The notes under the pieces are model-generated. The model saw nothing but the letters and a program-made list of their open reading frames with translations, had not been told where the DNA came from and searched no databases. The position numbers and the translations under genes were made by a program. 64,000 nt of DNA from assembly GCF_057098645.1 (NCBI RefSeq), contig NZ_CM169472.1. One strand, written 5' to 3'. Positions 49,315 through 60,956 of this stretch are shown here, piece after piece (the first letter of the stretch is position 1; every line of letters starts with the position of its first letter).

Positions 49315-50313
49315 TTAGCGTTTCGCTTTACTGCTTCGCTGGGTCAGCAAGATATTCGCCAGCACCGCCACCACGATGATGACGCCGCGTACCACCTGCC
49401 GGAAAAAGGAGTTAATACCGAGCAGCACCAGACCGTTACCGATTAGCGTAATCACCAGTACGCCAAGCAGCGTACCGAACAACGAGCCGCGACCACCGGA
49501 AAGCGCCGTACCGCCGACCACGACCGCGGCGATGACGTCAAACTCCAGACCGTTTGCGGCACCTGCGTTACCGGAACCGAGGCGCGCCGCCAACAAAATG
49601 CCGGTCACCGCCGCTAATAATCCCGAAAGGGTAAAGATAAGAATGCGTACCCGACGAACGTTAATACCGCACAACTGCGCCGCCGTGGCATTACCGCCAA
49701 CGGCAAAAACCGAGCGCCCGAAGGCGGTTTTGCGGCTGATGAACACAAACAGCGCAAACAACACCATCATGATCAGCGCGGATACTGGCACACCGAGAAA
49801 TTGTCCGCCCAGCCAGTCCAGCACCTCGTTTTCGTCAATCGGCACTGGCAGGGCGTTGGTCATAAACAAGCCCATTCCGCGCAGGGCGCTCCACAGCCCC
49901 AGCGTGGCCACGAAACTTGGCACGTTAAACACGCCGCGCAGCACCCCGGCGAGCGTTCCCATCAGCGCGCCTAACAGCAACACCAGCAGACAAGCAATCG
50001 CCAACGGAACTTCAAATTGCAGCAAAAATGCCAGGCACACCGAGACAAAAGCCACCATCGGCCCAACGCTGACATCAATTTCACCGGAGATAATAATCAG
50101 CGTCATCGCCCAGGCAGCGATCCCAATGGTGGCGGCATCGCGCAGCACATTCATCTGGTTATTCAATGAGATAAAGCCAGGCGCGTTCAGGGAGAAGACC
50201 AGATAAAGAATGGCAATCACCACCAGCAAACCGATCTCATTAATATGGCGACTGACAAATTGTTTGAGCGAGACGCTCTTGCCCTGCGGCAATGGTAATG
50301 ACGAAGCAGACAT
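49315..50313 (-). CDS. yphD: ABC sugar transporter permease YphD
   Basis: 332-aa polytopic ORF. Confidence 0.9.
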   Translation of the reverse strand: MSASSLPLPQGKSVSLKQFVSRHINEIGLLVVIAILYLVFSLNAPGFISLNNQMNVLRDAATIGIAAWAMTLIIISGEIDVSVGPMVAFVSVCLAFLLQFEVPLAIACLLVLLLGALMGTLAGVLRGVFNVPSFVATLGLWSALRGMGLFMTNALPVPIDENEVLDWLGGQFLGVPVSALIMMVLFALFVFISRKTAFGRSVFAVGGNATAAQLCGINVRRVRILIFTLSGLLAAVTGILLAARLGSGNAGAANGLEFDVIAAVVVGGTALSGGRGSLFGTLLGVLVITLIGNGLVLLGINSFFRQVVRGVIIVVAVLANILLTQRSSKAKR

Positions 50314-50337
50314 CTTCAGGTTCCTCGGTAAAATTCA

Positions 50338-51849
50338 TCAGTGCACAGACAGAATGGCGGACATCAGCTCATCCACATTGACCGGAGCGTGAAACTCCTG
50401 CGAGAACGTGCCGTGCTGTAATAACAGGATGCGGTCACACACCAGCGGCAACTCCTCCACTTCACTGGAGATAAACACCACGCTTTTTCCTTCGGCAGCC
50501 AGCTCACGGACAATACGGTAAATCTGCTGTTTGGCTTCGATATCGACGCCGCGCGTTGGCTCGTCGAGCAACAAAATCTGGCTGGCGGCATAGACCCAAC
50601 GACCGATCACTACTTTTTGCTGATTGCCGCCAGAAAGCGTGCCGATGGGCGTTTCGCTACTGGCGGCCTTAACCGTCATCCGCTGCATCACCTCTTCGGT
50701 CAGGCGGCGGATGGTGGACCATTGCAGCACGCCGTTGGCGCTAATTTTTTGCCGATTAGTCAGCACTGTATTTTCGTCAACGCCCAGCCAGGGAATGATC
50801 CCCGCTTCTTTGCGGTTTTCTGGCGTATAGCCAATGCCGCGTTTCAGCATGTCGCCGTAATCGGGGTACGTGATTTTCTCGCCGTTGATAACAATTTCGC
50901 CCTGTTCATACTCCTCCAGCCCAACAATCGCTTTCAGCAATTCACTGCGTCCTGCCCCCAGCAGGCCAGCAATGCCGAGCACTTCGCCACGACGTAGCGT
51001 AAAACTGATATCCTCCAGCTTGGGCTTATGGCGTAACGCACGGACTTCCAGCACGGCCTGATCCACAATTTCCTGAGGTGCAACCGGCGCAATATCAACG
51101 TGATCGCGCCCTAGCATTAGCGACACAATATGATGCGTGGAAGTGTTTTCGAGCATCACATCGCCAGCCACCTGCCCGTCGCGCATAACGGTGGCACAGG
51201 AGGCAATGCGGCGAATTTCTTCCATCCGGTGGCTGACATAAATCACCGCCACGCCCAGTGCCGACATCTTTTTCACGGCGCTTATCACCAGTTCAACTTC
51301 CGCACTGGCAAGCGAACTGGTAGGTTCATCAAGAATGACCACGCGCGGTTCGCCTTTCATCACCCGCGCAATTTCCACCAGCTGCTTTTGCGCCGGGCTT
51401 AGCCCTGAAACAAGTTGTTCAGGGCTAACGTCAACGCCCAGCGCCTGTAAGCAACGTTGGGCATCCTGCGCCATTTGCAGGTAATCAATCATGCCGTTGC
51501 GGCGGGGCCACTGACCGAGGCAGAGGTTTTCCGCCACCGTCAGCCCTTCCACCAAACTTAACTCCTGATAAACCGCGCGTACCCCCAGTTCAGCGGCACG
51601 GCGAGTCAACGTAGCTTCGTCGCCTTCCAGTCGCGTCTCACCAATCCAGATATCACCGCTATCCGGACGTTCGCTACCGGTAAGCATTCGAATGAGGGTC
51701 GATTTGCCCGCGCCGTTTTTGCCTAACAGCGCACGAACCTCGCCTTTATTGAGCGTGAAGTTAACGTTATCCAACGCAACGACGCCGGGATAACGCTTAT
51801 TTCCTGCCACCACTTTTGCTACCGGGACTGCCTCTGTTGCCGTGAACAT
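50338..51849 (-). CDS. yphE: ABC sugar transporter ATPase YphE (two fused NBDs)
   Basis: 503-aa ORF; Walker A GKNGAGKST plus second NBD. Confidence 0.92.
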   Translation of the reverse strand: MFTATEAVPVAKVVAGNKRYPGVVALDNVNFTLNKGEVRALLGKNGAGKSTLIRMLTGSERPDSGDIWIGETRLEGDEATLTRRAAELGVRAVYQELSLVEGLTVAENLCLGQWPRRNGMIDYLQMAQDAQRCLQALGVDVSPEQLVSGLSPAQKQLVEIARVMKGEPRVVILDEPTSSLASAEVELVISAVKKMSALGVAVIYVSHRMEEIRRIASCATVMRDGQVAGDVMLENTSTHHIVSLMLGRDHVDIAPVAPQEIVDQAVLEVRALRHKPKLEDISFTLRRGEVLGIAGLLGAGRSELLKAIVGLEEYEQGEIVINGEKITYPDYGDMLKRGIGYTPENRKEAGIIPWLGVDENTVLTNRQKISANGVLQWSTIRRLTEEVMQRMTVKAASSETPIGTLSGGNQQKVVIGRWVYAASQILLLDEPTRGVDIEAKQQIYRIVRELAAEGKSVVFISSEVEELPLVCDRILLLQHGTFSQEFHAPVNVDELMSAILSVH

Positions 51850-51871
51850 AGGGACCTCTGCGAATCAGCGA

Positions 51872-52855
51872 TTAGGGCAGACCATCAACGTGCGTTGCCA
51901 GCCACTGTTTACCGTCTTCCGTTTTGGTATAGAGATCGATTGGCACCTGAATCACTTTTTCACCGTCGGCTTGTTTATTGATAACCTTCAATGTTTGCGC
52001 GAAAACAGCATTGCCCATTTTCTTACCGGAAATATCCACTACCGCTTTCAGCACCTGATTGTTTTCCAGCTCCTGAGCAATTTCGGTTGTCATATCCGAA
52101 CCGAAAACAGCAATTTTTCCGGCCTGATTTTGATTACGTACCGCTTTTACCGCGCCGAGTGTCGCACCGCCCGATTCCCCCATAATGGCGTTGAGATCCG
52201 GCGTGGAGATAATCAGTTTTTCACCGACGGAAATCGCTTTATCTAAAACAGTCCCTTCCTGATTAGCGACAATTTGCGCGCCGGGAACGCGGGCTTTTAA
52301 TACTTCTTCAAACCCTTTACGTCGTTGCACACAAACTTCAAAGGCTTCGCAATTGATGACGGCAATTTTCGGCTGGTCAATTTTGTTGGCAATAAAATAA
52401 TCGGCGGCAGCGTTACCCAGTTTTTTACCAAATTCCAGCGGGTCACCCACCAGATATGCCGAGACATATTTATCGACACCCTTTTGATTAATACAGGTGT
52501 TGTAGCAAATCACCGGAATACCCGCTTCACTGGCGCGACGAACGGTACGGCTACTGCCATTTTCAGACACTGCCGATAAAATAATAGCATCGACATTACG
52601 CGCCACGAGGGTATCAACAAAGGTACTTTCTTTCGAAATATCACCCTGGGCGTTAGTTTCAATTAACTGTACCTGTACTGAAGAATCTTTTGCCGCATCC
52701 TGAACGCCCTGACGCACTCCAGCGTAATATCCCTGAGTATCAAGGTATATTGCGCCAATGGTCATTTCTTTATCCGCAGCTCTGGCAAATAGTGCGCTAC
52801 CTAATAGCGTAGCCATTAATAATAGATTACGGGTTGTTCTCATTTTTTTAGGCAT
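51872..52855 (-). CDS. yphF: Periplasmic sugar-binding protein YphF
   Basis: 327-aa ORF with signal peptide. Confidence 0.9.
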   Translation of the reverse strand: MPKKMRTTRNLLLMATLLGSALFARAADKEMTIGAIYLDTQGYYAGVRQGVQDAAKDSSVQVQLIETNAQGDISKESTFVDTLVARNVDAIILSAVSENGSSRTVRRASEAGIPVICYNTCINQKGVDKYVSAYLVGDPLEFGKKLGNAAADYFIANKIDQPKIAVINCEAFEVCVQRRKGFEEVLKARVPGAQIVANQEGTVLDKAISVGEKLIISTPDLNAIMGESGGATLGAVKAVRNQNQAGKIAVFGSDMTTEIAQELENNQVLKAVVDISGKKMGNAVFAQTLKVINKQADGEKVIQVPIDLYTKTEDGKQWLATHVDGLP

Positions 52856-52951
52856 AGTGCCTCCTGTAGGTTTTTTATTTACAACGGCTTATTTTAATTA
52901 TTTGAGCGTGAGCGGCAGCGCGTGCCGCTCAAATATTACAGTTAATAGGGT

Positions 52952-55900
52952 TTAGTGAACGTAGTTAAAAATAAAAGGCATCACAGTGGTGAATAATGCC
53001 GCTTTCGGCCAGGCCGGATTAATCGCCGTCAATTCAGCGCGAGCAGACTCATATTGCGCAACCTCCCCGAGTCCCGCGGACGCCAGCATCGCCACCATCA
53101 GGCATTTTTCTTTATGCTGCTGTTGTAAATCGCCATACAGCGACAACAGGTCAGGTTGTGAAACAGCAAAGAAATCTGCCTCAATACTGGTTTTCGCCAT
53201 CTCTTGCGCCCACTGTTTCATTTCACTAAACAGTTGCTGTGCGATTTGTTGTTCGCCCAGCAGTCGCAGCGCCATTCCTTGCCAGAAGAGATAATCAACC
53301 GGCTGATCGTTGTAATAACTGTGAATGTTAATAGTGCGATCGCCGGTCGCCGCCAGACGTAAACAACGCGTCGCTTCAGTTTCATCGCCCTGCGCGTTGG
53401 CGCATATCGCCTGCCAGAACCAGATGTCGTTATCAGTTTGCCCCGGTAAACGGCCTTCGCTTAAATTCTCCGGATAATGCAGCGCGGCATGAAGCAGTTC
53501 GCTGGCCTGCTGCGGCTGTCTGGCATCAAGATGCTGCCAGGCGCGTAATAACTGGTTGAGGATAAACTGACTGGTGACCTTCCCTTCCCCGCCTTCCCAC
53601 GGGTGGAATTTGCGCGTGGCGAGAATGTCCGCCGCTTTGTCTGCCTGCCCCGTGAGATGCCACAAATTGAGCAGTTCTGCGGTCATGTCGTCGCGTTTCA
53701 GCGCAATTTCCAGATTATTTTCCAGACGCGCCAGTCGTTTCTCCGGTGTGGCTCCACTTAACTTATCAAGCAAATCCCGTTCGAAAAGCAGACGTGCATC
53801 CTGCGGCGCAAGCTGATAAGCATTATCAAGATAACGCGCGGCCAGCTCATAATCGTGTTGCTTATTCCACGCATGGATCGCTAACCCGCGCCAGCCGTCG
53901 GCAAACTCCGGCGACATCTCTACGCAACGTTGCCATAAGGCAATGGCTTTGTTGTAGCTACGTTTGTTGTAGTAGAAGCAGGCCAGTAAATGGCGAGCAA
54001 ACCAGCACTCTTCAATACTCTCCAGCGCCGCCACTTCTTCCAGCGTATTCGGGAAACGGACAAACTGCGGGAAGACATCAATGGCTTTTGCGACCAGTTC
54101 GCCACGTTCGGCTTTCGGCAGCAAGCTGGCTTGCAGGTAAAGCGGCAGCGTGCGCTGGCAGTCCAGTGCGTTCAGCATCTCTGCCGCCAGGGTGGGCATT
54201 CCCCAGTTAATCAGTTGCCCGGCGGTCATCAGGGCGTTAACGTCGCGTCCCTGACACAGACCGCGCCACTGCGCGAGAGCTGATTCGCTACGACCATCGA
54301 ACCAGTTCAGCCACCACAGAGTGGCGTTCAGCGGATAATCGCGCAGCAGTTTCTCGCGCTGCAAACGCGCGTTGTCCTGACGACCACTTAACACCAGCAG
54401 CAGATTATGCAGGCAAAGCACTTCCTGATTGGTTGGGCAGGCGCGAAGACTTTGTTGGCAAAAATCCAGCCCCGCGTCGAAGTTACCATTACGCGCCGCC
54501 AGTCGTGCCAGACCATAATAGCCTCCGGCTTTACTGTTGCCGCTCCAGACCGCACGCCAGAAATCCTCTTCGGCTTGTTGATATTGTCCCTGACGTTCGT
54601 AAGCACTGGCGCGAATCAAACTCGCCTGTCCGCACTGCGGATTTTTGTTCAGCCCATGTGCGCGTTTCAGAGCCTGAGTGGCATACGCCACCGCTTGCGG
54701 GAAATCTGCGCGGTTATATTCCAGCATCGCCAGCGCCAGGTTACAGCGGTAATCAAGCGGATCCAGCGCCACGCCGCGCAGGTAGTAATCGAACGGTGAA
54801 CGGCTGGCATGATGATATTGCTCCAGATGCTGACCGATAAACCAGGCTTCATCTGTACTGGTAATGTCTTGTGCTGCCAGTGGCGCTTTGGCGACGTCCG
54901 GCAACGGCAACTCTTGCGGCTGATGTTCCTGATAACTCAGTACAATATTGCCGTCGGCATCGGAGAGCTCAATGGTCAGCCTTTCAGGATTGATACCGTG
55001 CAACACGCCCTGGATGGCGGTCGCAGGCATCAGTGCCACGGCATCATCAAGTAACGCGTTGCATTTGCCGATTTCGCGGATCGCCAGGCGGTATCCGTTC
55101 AACGGAGAGATGGCATACAGCCCCCACTCAATCCCCCGCTCACTACGCTGGAGTTTGATTACCGCATCGCGGGAGGCGTTTTGCACCATGCCCAGAGAAT
55201 GGTAAGGCAGGAAATACTGCTCAAAACGCTTCTCTTCGTAAGCATCAAGCCAGGTAAAATCAGGCTGGTTATCGGCAAAAATACCGGTCATCAGTTCGAT
55301 ATACGGGCCGTTATTATCAGTTAGGCTCTTATCCCACGCCTGGCCAAATTCACTGTGTCCCCAGCTCCACTGCTTTTTACCTAGCGCAATATGGTGGTTG
55401 GCAACGTGTAGCAAACCGCCATCTTCATCGTGACACCACGCGCCAACAAAATCGTACTGCGATTTTTCGGCCATATATGAGGTTGGAACGGGCACATTTT
55501 TATAGCGAGAAATGTCCACTCCAGCGGAGTAGTCCACTTTGTAGTAAGTGCCGGTGGCGATGGGGAAAGCGGAGACGGCCCGTTTGCCGTGATCAAACAC
55601 CGCAGTCACATCCGGCGGGAAAACGCTCTGATGCCCTTCCCCCCCTTTCACTGCCGGGTTGGCCCACCACAAGAAATGACGCGGCGTGGCGTTGCCGTTA
55701 TAGACGCGGCTGGCGATTTCCAGCGCCGCCCGGTCAGGGCGCAGGGTGAAACCTGTCATCACCTGTAAACCATGCATCGGCTCCGTTTCGCCGACCCACA
55801 CCGTCTGTGCACCGTCTTCATGGGCTTCGAGGGTGAAATCAACGGGCATAAAGGTGGTCGGGCGATGGTGTTGCGGCCAGTTAAACTCAATCCCGCCAGA

Positions 55901-56233
55901 GATCCACGGTCCCAGCAGCCCCACCAGCGCAGGTTTAATGACTTCATTGTGATAGACAAAATCGCGCTGTTTCACTTTATCCCATGCGCGATGCACCCGA
56001 CCGCCCAGTTCCGGCAGTATCATCACTTTGATGTAGTCGTTTTCCAGCCACACCGCCTGCCAGGATTTCAGGGTTTTCTGTTCACTCAGCGTATCGGTCA
56101 CGCCGTAGGGATAAACCGCGCCGGACGATCCCTGATAAACGCGATTTTCCAGGAACATGGGATGTATATCCTGCGGCCCGGTTTCATAGGTCGGGATCTC
56201 AACGCGCTCTTGCCACACTTTTACTGGAGTCAT
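52952..56233 (-). CDS. yphG: Large uncharacterised protein YphG (N-terminal enzyme-like domain plus TPR-rich C-terminus)
   Basis: Trimmed to MTPVKVWQERVEI with SD gaggg 4 nt upstream; 1,093 aa. Confidence 0.88.
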   Translation of the reverse strand: MTPVKVWQERVEIPTYETGPQDIHPMFLENRVYQGSSGAVYPYGVTDTLSEQKTLKSWQAVWLENDYIKVMILPELGGRVHRAWDKVKQRDFVYHNEVIKPALVGLLGPWISGGIEFNWPQHHRPTTFMPVDFTLEAHEDGAQTVWVGETEPMHGLQVMTGFTLRPDRAALEIASRVYNGNATPRHFLWWANPAVKGGEGHQSVFPPDVTAVFDHGKRAVSAFPIATGTYYKVDYSAGVDISRYKNVPVPTSYMAEKSQYDFVGAWCHDEDGGLLHVANHHIALGKKQWSWGHSEFGQAWDKSLTDNNGPYIELMTGIFADNQPDFTWLDAYEEKRFEQYFLPYHSLGMVQNASRDAVIKLQRSERGIEWGLYAISPLNGYRLAIREIGKCNALLDDAVALMPATAIQGVLHGINPERLTIELSDADGNIVLSYQEHQPQELPLPDVAKAPLAAQDITSTDEAWFIGQHLEQYHHASRSPFDYYLRGVALDPLDYRCNLALAMLEYNRADFPQAVAYATQALKRAHGLNKNPQCGQASLIRASAYERQGQYQQAEEDFWRAVWSGNSKAGGYYGLARLAARNGNFDAGLDFCQQSLRACPTNQEVLCLHNLLLVLSGRQDNARLQREKLLRDYPLNATLWWLNWFDGRSESALAQWRGLCQGRDVNALMTAGQLINWGMPTLAAEMLNALDCQRTLPLYLQASLLPKAERGELVAKAIDVFPQFVRFPNTLEEVAALESIEECWFARHLLACFYYNKRSYNKAIALWQRCVEMSPEFADGWRGLAIHAWNKQHDYELAARYLDNAYQLAPQDARLLFERDLLDKLSGATPEKRLARLENNLEIALKRDDMTAELLNLWHLTGQADKAADILATRKFHPWEGGEGKVTSQFILNQLLRAWQHLDARQPQQASELLHAALHYPENLSEGRLPGQTDNDIWFWQAICANAQGDETEATRCLRLAATGDRTINIHSYYNDQPVDYLFWQGMALRLLGEQQIAQQLFSEMKQWAQEMAKTSIEADFFAVSQPDLLSLYGDLQQQHKEKCLMVAMLASAGLGEVAQYESARAELTAINPAWPKAALFTTVMPFIFNYVH

Positions 56234-56350
56234 GGTGCCCTCAATATTAACAAGACATACTGAATTAAAAGATTTGTGGCAGTGTATTGAACAATCTGGC
56301 AATGTTTTCGCGGAATAATCACGCAATTAACTAAACAAGGTTTAGTGAAG

Positions 56351-57544
56351 ATGAGAGCCTGCATTAACAATCAACAGATTCGCCACCATAACAAATGCGT
56401 GATTCTGGAACTGCTGTACCGGCAAAAGCGCGCCAATAAATCAACGCTGGCCCGGCTGGCGCAAATTTCGATTCCGGCAGTCAGTAATATTTTGCAGGAA
56501 CTGGAAAGCGAAAAACGGGTGGTGAATATCGACGATGAAAGCCAGACGCGCGGGCATAGTAGCGGTACATGGCTGATTGCGCCGGAAGGTGACTGGACGC
56601 TGTGTCTGAACGTGACGCCCACCAGTATTGAGTGTCAGGTTGCTAATGCTTGTTTAAGTCCGAAAGGTGAATTTGAGTATTTACAGATTGATGCACCGAC
56701 GCCGCAGGCGCTGCTGGCCGAAATCGAAAAATGCTGGCATCGCCACCGTAAATTGTGGCCGGACCGCACCATCAATCTGGCGCTGGCAATCCACGGTCAG
56801 GTTGATCCAGTGACAGGAGTGTCGCAAACCATGCCGCAAGCGCCGTGGACAACGCCGGTTGAGGTGAAGTATCTGCTGGAAGAGAAGCTGGGCATTCGGG
56901 TGATGGTCGATAATGACTGCGTGATGCTGGCGCTGGCGGAAAAATGGCAAAATAATTCGCAGGAACGGGATTTCTGCGTGATCAACGTTGATTACGGCAT
57001 TGGCTCGTCGTTCGTGATTAACGAGCAAATTTATCGCGGCAGTTTGTATGGTAGCGGACAGATTGGTCACACCATCGTTAATCCGGATGGCGTCGTCTGC
57101 GACTGTGGACGTTACGGCTGCCTGGAAACCGTCGCCTCGTTAAGTGCTTTAAAAAAACAGGCGCGGGTATGGCTAAAATCACAACCGGTTAATACTCAGC
57201 TTGATCCTGAAAAACTGACAACCGCGCAGTTAATCGCTGCCTGGCAGAGTGGAGAACCGTGGATCACCAGCTGGGTTGACCGCAGTGCCAATGCCATTGG
57301 TTTGAGTCTGTATAACTTCCTCAACATCCTCAATATTAATCAGATTTGGTTGTACGGTCGCAGTTGTGCCTTTGGTGAGAACTGGCTTAATACCATTATT
57401 CGCCAGACGGGATTTAACCCGTTCGACCGCGACGAAGGACCGAGCGTGAAAGCGACGCAAATTGGCTTCGGGCAATTAAGCCGCGCACAACAGGTGCTGG
57501 GAATTGGCTATTTGTATGTTGAGGCGCAGTTACGACAGATTTGA
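56351..57544 (+). CDS. yphH: ROK-family transcriptional regulator YphH (NagC/Mlc-like)
   Basis: 397 aa from ATG 56351; N-terminal HTH; divergent from yphG. Confidence 0.88.
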   Translation: MRACINNQQIRHHNKCVILELLYRQKRANKSTLARLAQISIPAVSNILQELESEKRVVNIDDESQTRGHSSGTWLIAPEGDWTLCLNVTPTSIECQVANACLSPKGEFEYLQIDAPTPQALLAEIEKCWHRHRKLWPDRTINLALAIHGQVDPVTGVSQTMPQAPWTTPVEVKYLLEEKLGIRVMVDNDCVMLALAEKWQNNSQERDFCVINVDYGIGSSFVINEQIYRGSLYGSGQIGHTIVNPDGVVCDCGRYGCLETVASLSALKKQARVWLKSQPVNTQLDPEKLTTAQLIAAWQSGEPWITSWVDRSANAIGLSLYNFLNILNINQIWLYGRSCAFGENWLNTIIRQTGFNPFDRDEGPSVKATQIGFGQLSRAQQVLGIGYLYVEAQLRQI

Positions 57545-57604
57545 TGGCACGATAAGGTAGAAAGGCTTCCCGAAGGAAGCCTTGATGATCATAAACGAAA
57601 AATT

Positions 57605-57700
57605 GCCTGATGCGCTACGCTTATCAGGCCTACACGGAGATTGCAATATATTGAATTTGCGAGATTTTGTAGGCCTGAGAAGGTGTTCATGCCGCATCCA
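57605..57700. repeat. REP/BIME element between yphH and glyA
   Basis: gcctgatgcgctacgcttatcaggcctaca ... gtaggcctgagaaggtgttcatgccgcatcc. Confidence 0.6.
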
Positions 57701-57741
57701 ACATGAACAACGGGCACATTGTCAGCAAATCACCGTTTCGC

Positions 57742-58995
57742 TTATGCGTAAACCGGGTAACGTGCGCAGATGTCGAGAACTTTACCTTTGATGCGCTCGA
57801 TAACGGCTTCATCATTGATGCTGTCCAGCACGTCACACATCCAGCCAGCCAGTTCTTTCGCTTCTGCTTCTTTGAAGCCGCGACGCGTAATTGCCGGAGT
57901 ACCCACGCGAATACCGGAGGTCACAAACGGGCTCTTCGGATCGTTCGGTACGCTGTTTTTGTTGACGGTGATGTTAGCACGGCCCAGAGCGGCGTCTGCT
58001 TCTTTACCGGTCAGGTTTTTATCGACCAGATCAACCAGGAACAGATGGTTATCAGTACCGCCGGAAACCACTTTGTAGCCGCGTTCCAGGAAAACTTCTA
58101 CCATCGCTTTAGCGTTTTTAGCGACCCGCTGCTGGTAAGTTTTGAACTCAGGCTCCATCGCTTCTTTCAGAGCAACCGCTTTACCGGCGATTACGTGCAT
58201 CAACGGACCGCCCTGACCACCAGGGAAAACGGCAGAGTTCAGTTTTTTGTACAGCTCTTCGCTACCACCTTTCGCCAGGATCAGGCCGCCGCGCGGACCC
58301 GCCAGGGTTTTGTGAGTGGTGGTAGTAACAACGTGAGCATGAGGAACCGGGTTCGGGTAGACGCCAGCAGCAACCAGGCCCGCAACGTGCGCCATATCAA
58401 CGAACAGGTAAGCGCCGATGCTGTCAGCGATTTCACGCATTTTCGCCCAGTCCACCACGCCGGAATATGCAGAGAAGCCACCGATAATCATTTTCGGTTT
58501 GTGTTCTTTGGCTTGTTTTTCCAGATCGGCGTAGTCGATATGACCGGTAGCATCAATACCGTAAGGAACGATGTTGTACAGTTTACCGGAGAAGTTAACC
58601 GGAGAACCGTGAGTCAGGTGACCGCCATGCGCCAGGTTCATACCCAGAACGGTATCACCTGGTTCCAGCAGCGCGGTGTACACCGCAAAGTTAGCCTGGG
58701 AGCCGGAGTGCGGCTGGACGTTAGCGTAGTCAGCGCCGAACAGTTCTTTCGCACGATCGATCGCCAGTTGTTCAACGATATCAACATACTCGCAACCGCC
58801 GTAGTAGCGTTTGCCCGGATAACCTTCAGCATATTTGTTGGTCAGCTGAGAACCCTGCGCCTGCATTACGCGCGGGCTGGTGTAGTTTTCGGAGGCGATC
58901 AGTTCGATGTGCTCTTCCTGACGTACTTTTTCCTGCTCCATAGCCTGCCACAGTTCGGCATCATAATCGGCAATGTTCATTTCACGCTTTAACAT
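57742..58995 (-). CDS. glyA: Serine hydroxymethyltransferase
   Basis: Trimmed to [12 protein letters not shown]; 417 aa. Confidence 0.97.
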   Translation of the reverse strand: MLKREMNIADYDAELWQAMEQEKVRQEEHIELIASENYTSPRVMQAQGSQLTNKYAEGYPGKRYYGGCEYVDIVEQLAIDRAKELFGADYANVQPHSGSQANFAVYTALLEPGDTVLGMNLAHGGHLTHGSPVNFSGKLYNIVPYGIDATGHIDYADLEKQAKEHKPKMIIGGFSAYSGVVDWAKMREIADSIGAYLFVDMAHVAGLVAAGVYPNPVPHAHVVTTTTHKTLAGPRGGLILAKGGSEELYKKLNSAVFPGGQGGPLMHVIAGKAVALKEAMEPEFKTYQQRVAKNAKAMVEVFLERGYKVVSGGTDNHLFLVDLVDKNLTGKEADAALGRANITVNKNSVPNDPKSPFVTSGIRVGTPAITRRGFKEAEAKELAGWMCDVLDSINDEAVIERIKGKVLDICARYPVYA

Positions 58996-59273
58996 CCGCA
59001 TCTCCTGACTCAGCTAACAATAAAATTTTTGGCCTTTATAGGCGGTCCTGTTGGACAACGGCGAACAGTATAACCGAATCATTGTGCGATAACAGGTCTT
59101 GACAAAGGAATTTACGCAAACGATTACCTTCAGGCTACGCAAGGCTTTGGAGAATAAAGAGCTTGCAACCGGAAACGGATTTCTTTTCAGGTTTGTGATG
59201 CAAATTTTTCACTTCATCACATTCTTTCTGAAAAACACCAAAGAACCATTTACATTGCAGGGCTATTTTTTAT

Positions 59274-59296
59274 AAGATGCATTTGAGATACATCAA
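59274..59296 (+). promoter_or_regulatory. NsrR-type operator in the hmp promoter
   Basis: aagatgcatttgagatacatcaa, an 11-1-11 inverted repeat ~27 nt upstream of the hmp ATG. Confidence 0.6.
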
Positions 59297-59322
59297 TTAA
59301 GATACAAAAAAAGGAAGACCAT

Positions 59323-60513
59323 ATGCTTGACGCTCAAACCATCGCTACAGTAAAAGCCACCATCCCTTTACTGGTGGAAACGGGGCCAAAGTTAACCGCC
59401 CATTTCTACGACCGTATGTTTACTCATAACCCAGAACTCAAAGAAATTTTTAACATGAGTAACCAGCGTAATGGCGATCAACGTGAAGCCCTGTTTAACG
59501 CTATTGCCGCCTACGCCAGTAATATTGAAAACCTGCCTGCGCTGCTGCCAGCGGTAGAAAAAATCGCGCAGAAGCACACCAGTTTCCAGATCAAACCGGA
59601 ACAGTACAACATCGTCGGTGAACACCTGTTGGCAACGCTGGACGAAATGTTCAGCCCGGGGCAGGAAGTGCTGGACGCGTGGGGTAAAGCCTATGGTGTA
59701 CTGGCTAATGTATTTATCAATCGCGAGGCGGAAATCTATAACGAAAACGCCAGCAAAGCCGGTGGTTGGGAAGGTACTCGCGATTTCCGCATTGTGGCTA
59801 AAACACCGCGCAGCGCGCTTATCACCAGCTTCGAACTGGAGCCGGTCGACGGTGGCGCAGTGGCAGAATACCGTCCGGGGCAATATCTCGGCGTCTGGCT
59901 GAAGCCGGAAGGTTTCCCGCATCAGGAAATTCGTCAGTACTCTTTGACTCGCAAACCGGATGGCAAAGGCTATCGTATTGCGGTGAAACGCGAAGAGGGT
60001 GGGCAGGTATCCAACTGGTTGCACAATCACGCCAATGTTGGCGATGTCGTGAAACTGGTCGCTCCGGCAGGTGATTTCTTTATGGCTGTCGCAGATGACA
60101 CACCAGTGACGTTAATCTCTGCCGGTGTTGGTCAAACGCCAATGCTGGCAATGCTCGACACGCTGGCAAAAGCAGGCCACACAGCACAAGTGAACTGGTT
60201 CCATGCGGCAGAAAATGGCGATGTTCACGCCTTTGCCGATGAAGTTAAGGAACTGGGGCAGTCACTGCCGCGCTTTACCGCGCACACCTGGTATCGTCAG
60301 CCGAGCGAAGCCGATCGCGCTAAAGGTCAGTTTGATAGCGAAGGTCTGATGGATTTGAGAAAACTGGAAGGTGCGTTCAGCGATCCGACAATGCAGTTCT
60401 ATCTCTGCGGCCCGGTTGGCTTCATGCAGTTTGCCGCGAAACAGTTAGTGGATCTGGGCGTGAAGCAGGAAAACATTCATTACGAATGCTTTGGCCCGCA
60501 TAAGGTGCTGTGA
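59323..60513 (+). CDS. hmp: Flavohemoglobin (NO dioxygenase)
   Basis: 396-aa [20 protein letters not shown]... Confidence 0.97.
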   Translation: MLDAQTIATVKATIPLLVETGPKLTAHFYDRMFTHNPELKEIFNMSNQRNGDQREALFNAIAAYASNIENLPALLPAVEKIAQKHTSFQIKPEQYNIVGEHLLATLDEMFSPGQEVLDAWGKAYGVLANVFINREAEIYNENASKAGGWEGTRDFRIVAKTPRSALITSFELEPVDGGAVAEYRPGQYLGVWLKPEGFPHQEIRQYSLTRKPDGKGYRIAVKREEGGQVSNWLHNHANVGDVVKLVAPAGDFFMAVADDTPVTLISAGVGQTPMLAMLDTLAKAGHTAQVNWFHAAENGDVHAFADEVKELGQSLPRFTAHTWYRQPSEADRAKGQFDSEGLMDLRKLEGAFSDPTMQFYLCGPVGFMQFAAKQLVDLGVKQENIHYECFGPHKVL

Positions 60514-60519
60514 TTTGAT

Positions 60520-60545
60520 GTTGCCGGATGGAAACATCCGGCAAC
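60520..60545. terminator. Hairpin between convergent hmp and glnB
   Basis: gttgccggatg-gaaa-catccggcaac perfect stem; no clear U tract. Confidence 0.4.
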
Positions 60546-60557
60546 CCCTGACGCGGT

Positions 60558-60932
<375 letters not shown>

Positions 60933-60956
60933 CTAAACGTAACACATAACGCCAAT

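Noticed and set aside
57703..58992. 429-aa plus-strand ORF
   Set aside because: Exactly antisense to glyA, a highly conserved gene; low-complexity translation with no SD; mirror-frame artefact.
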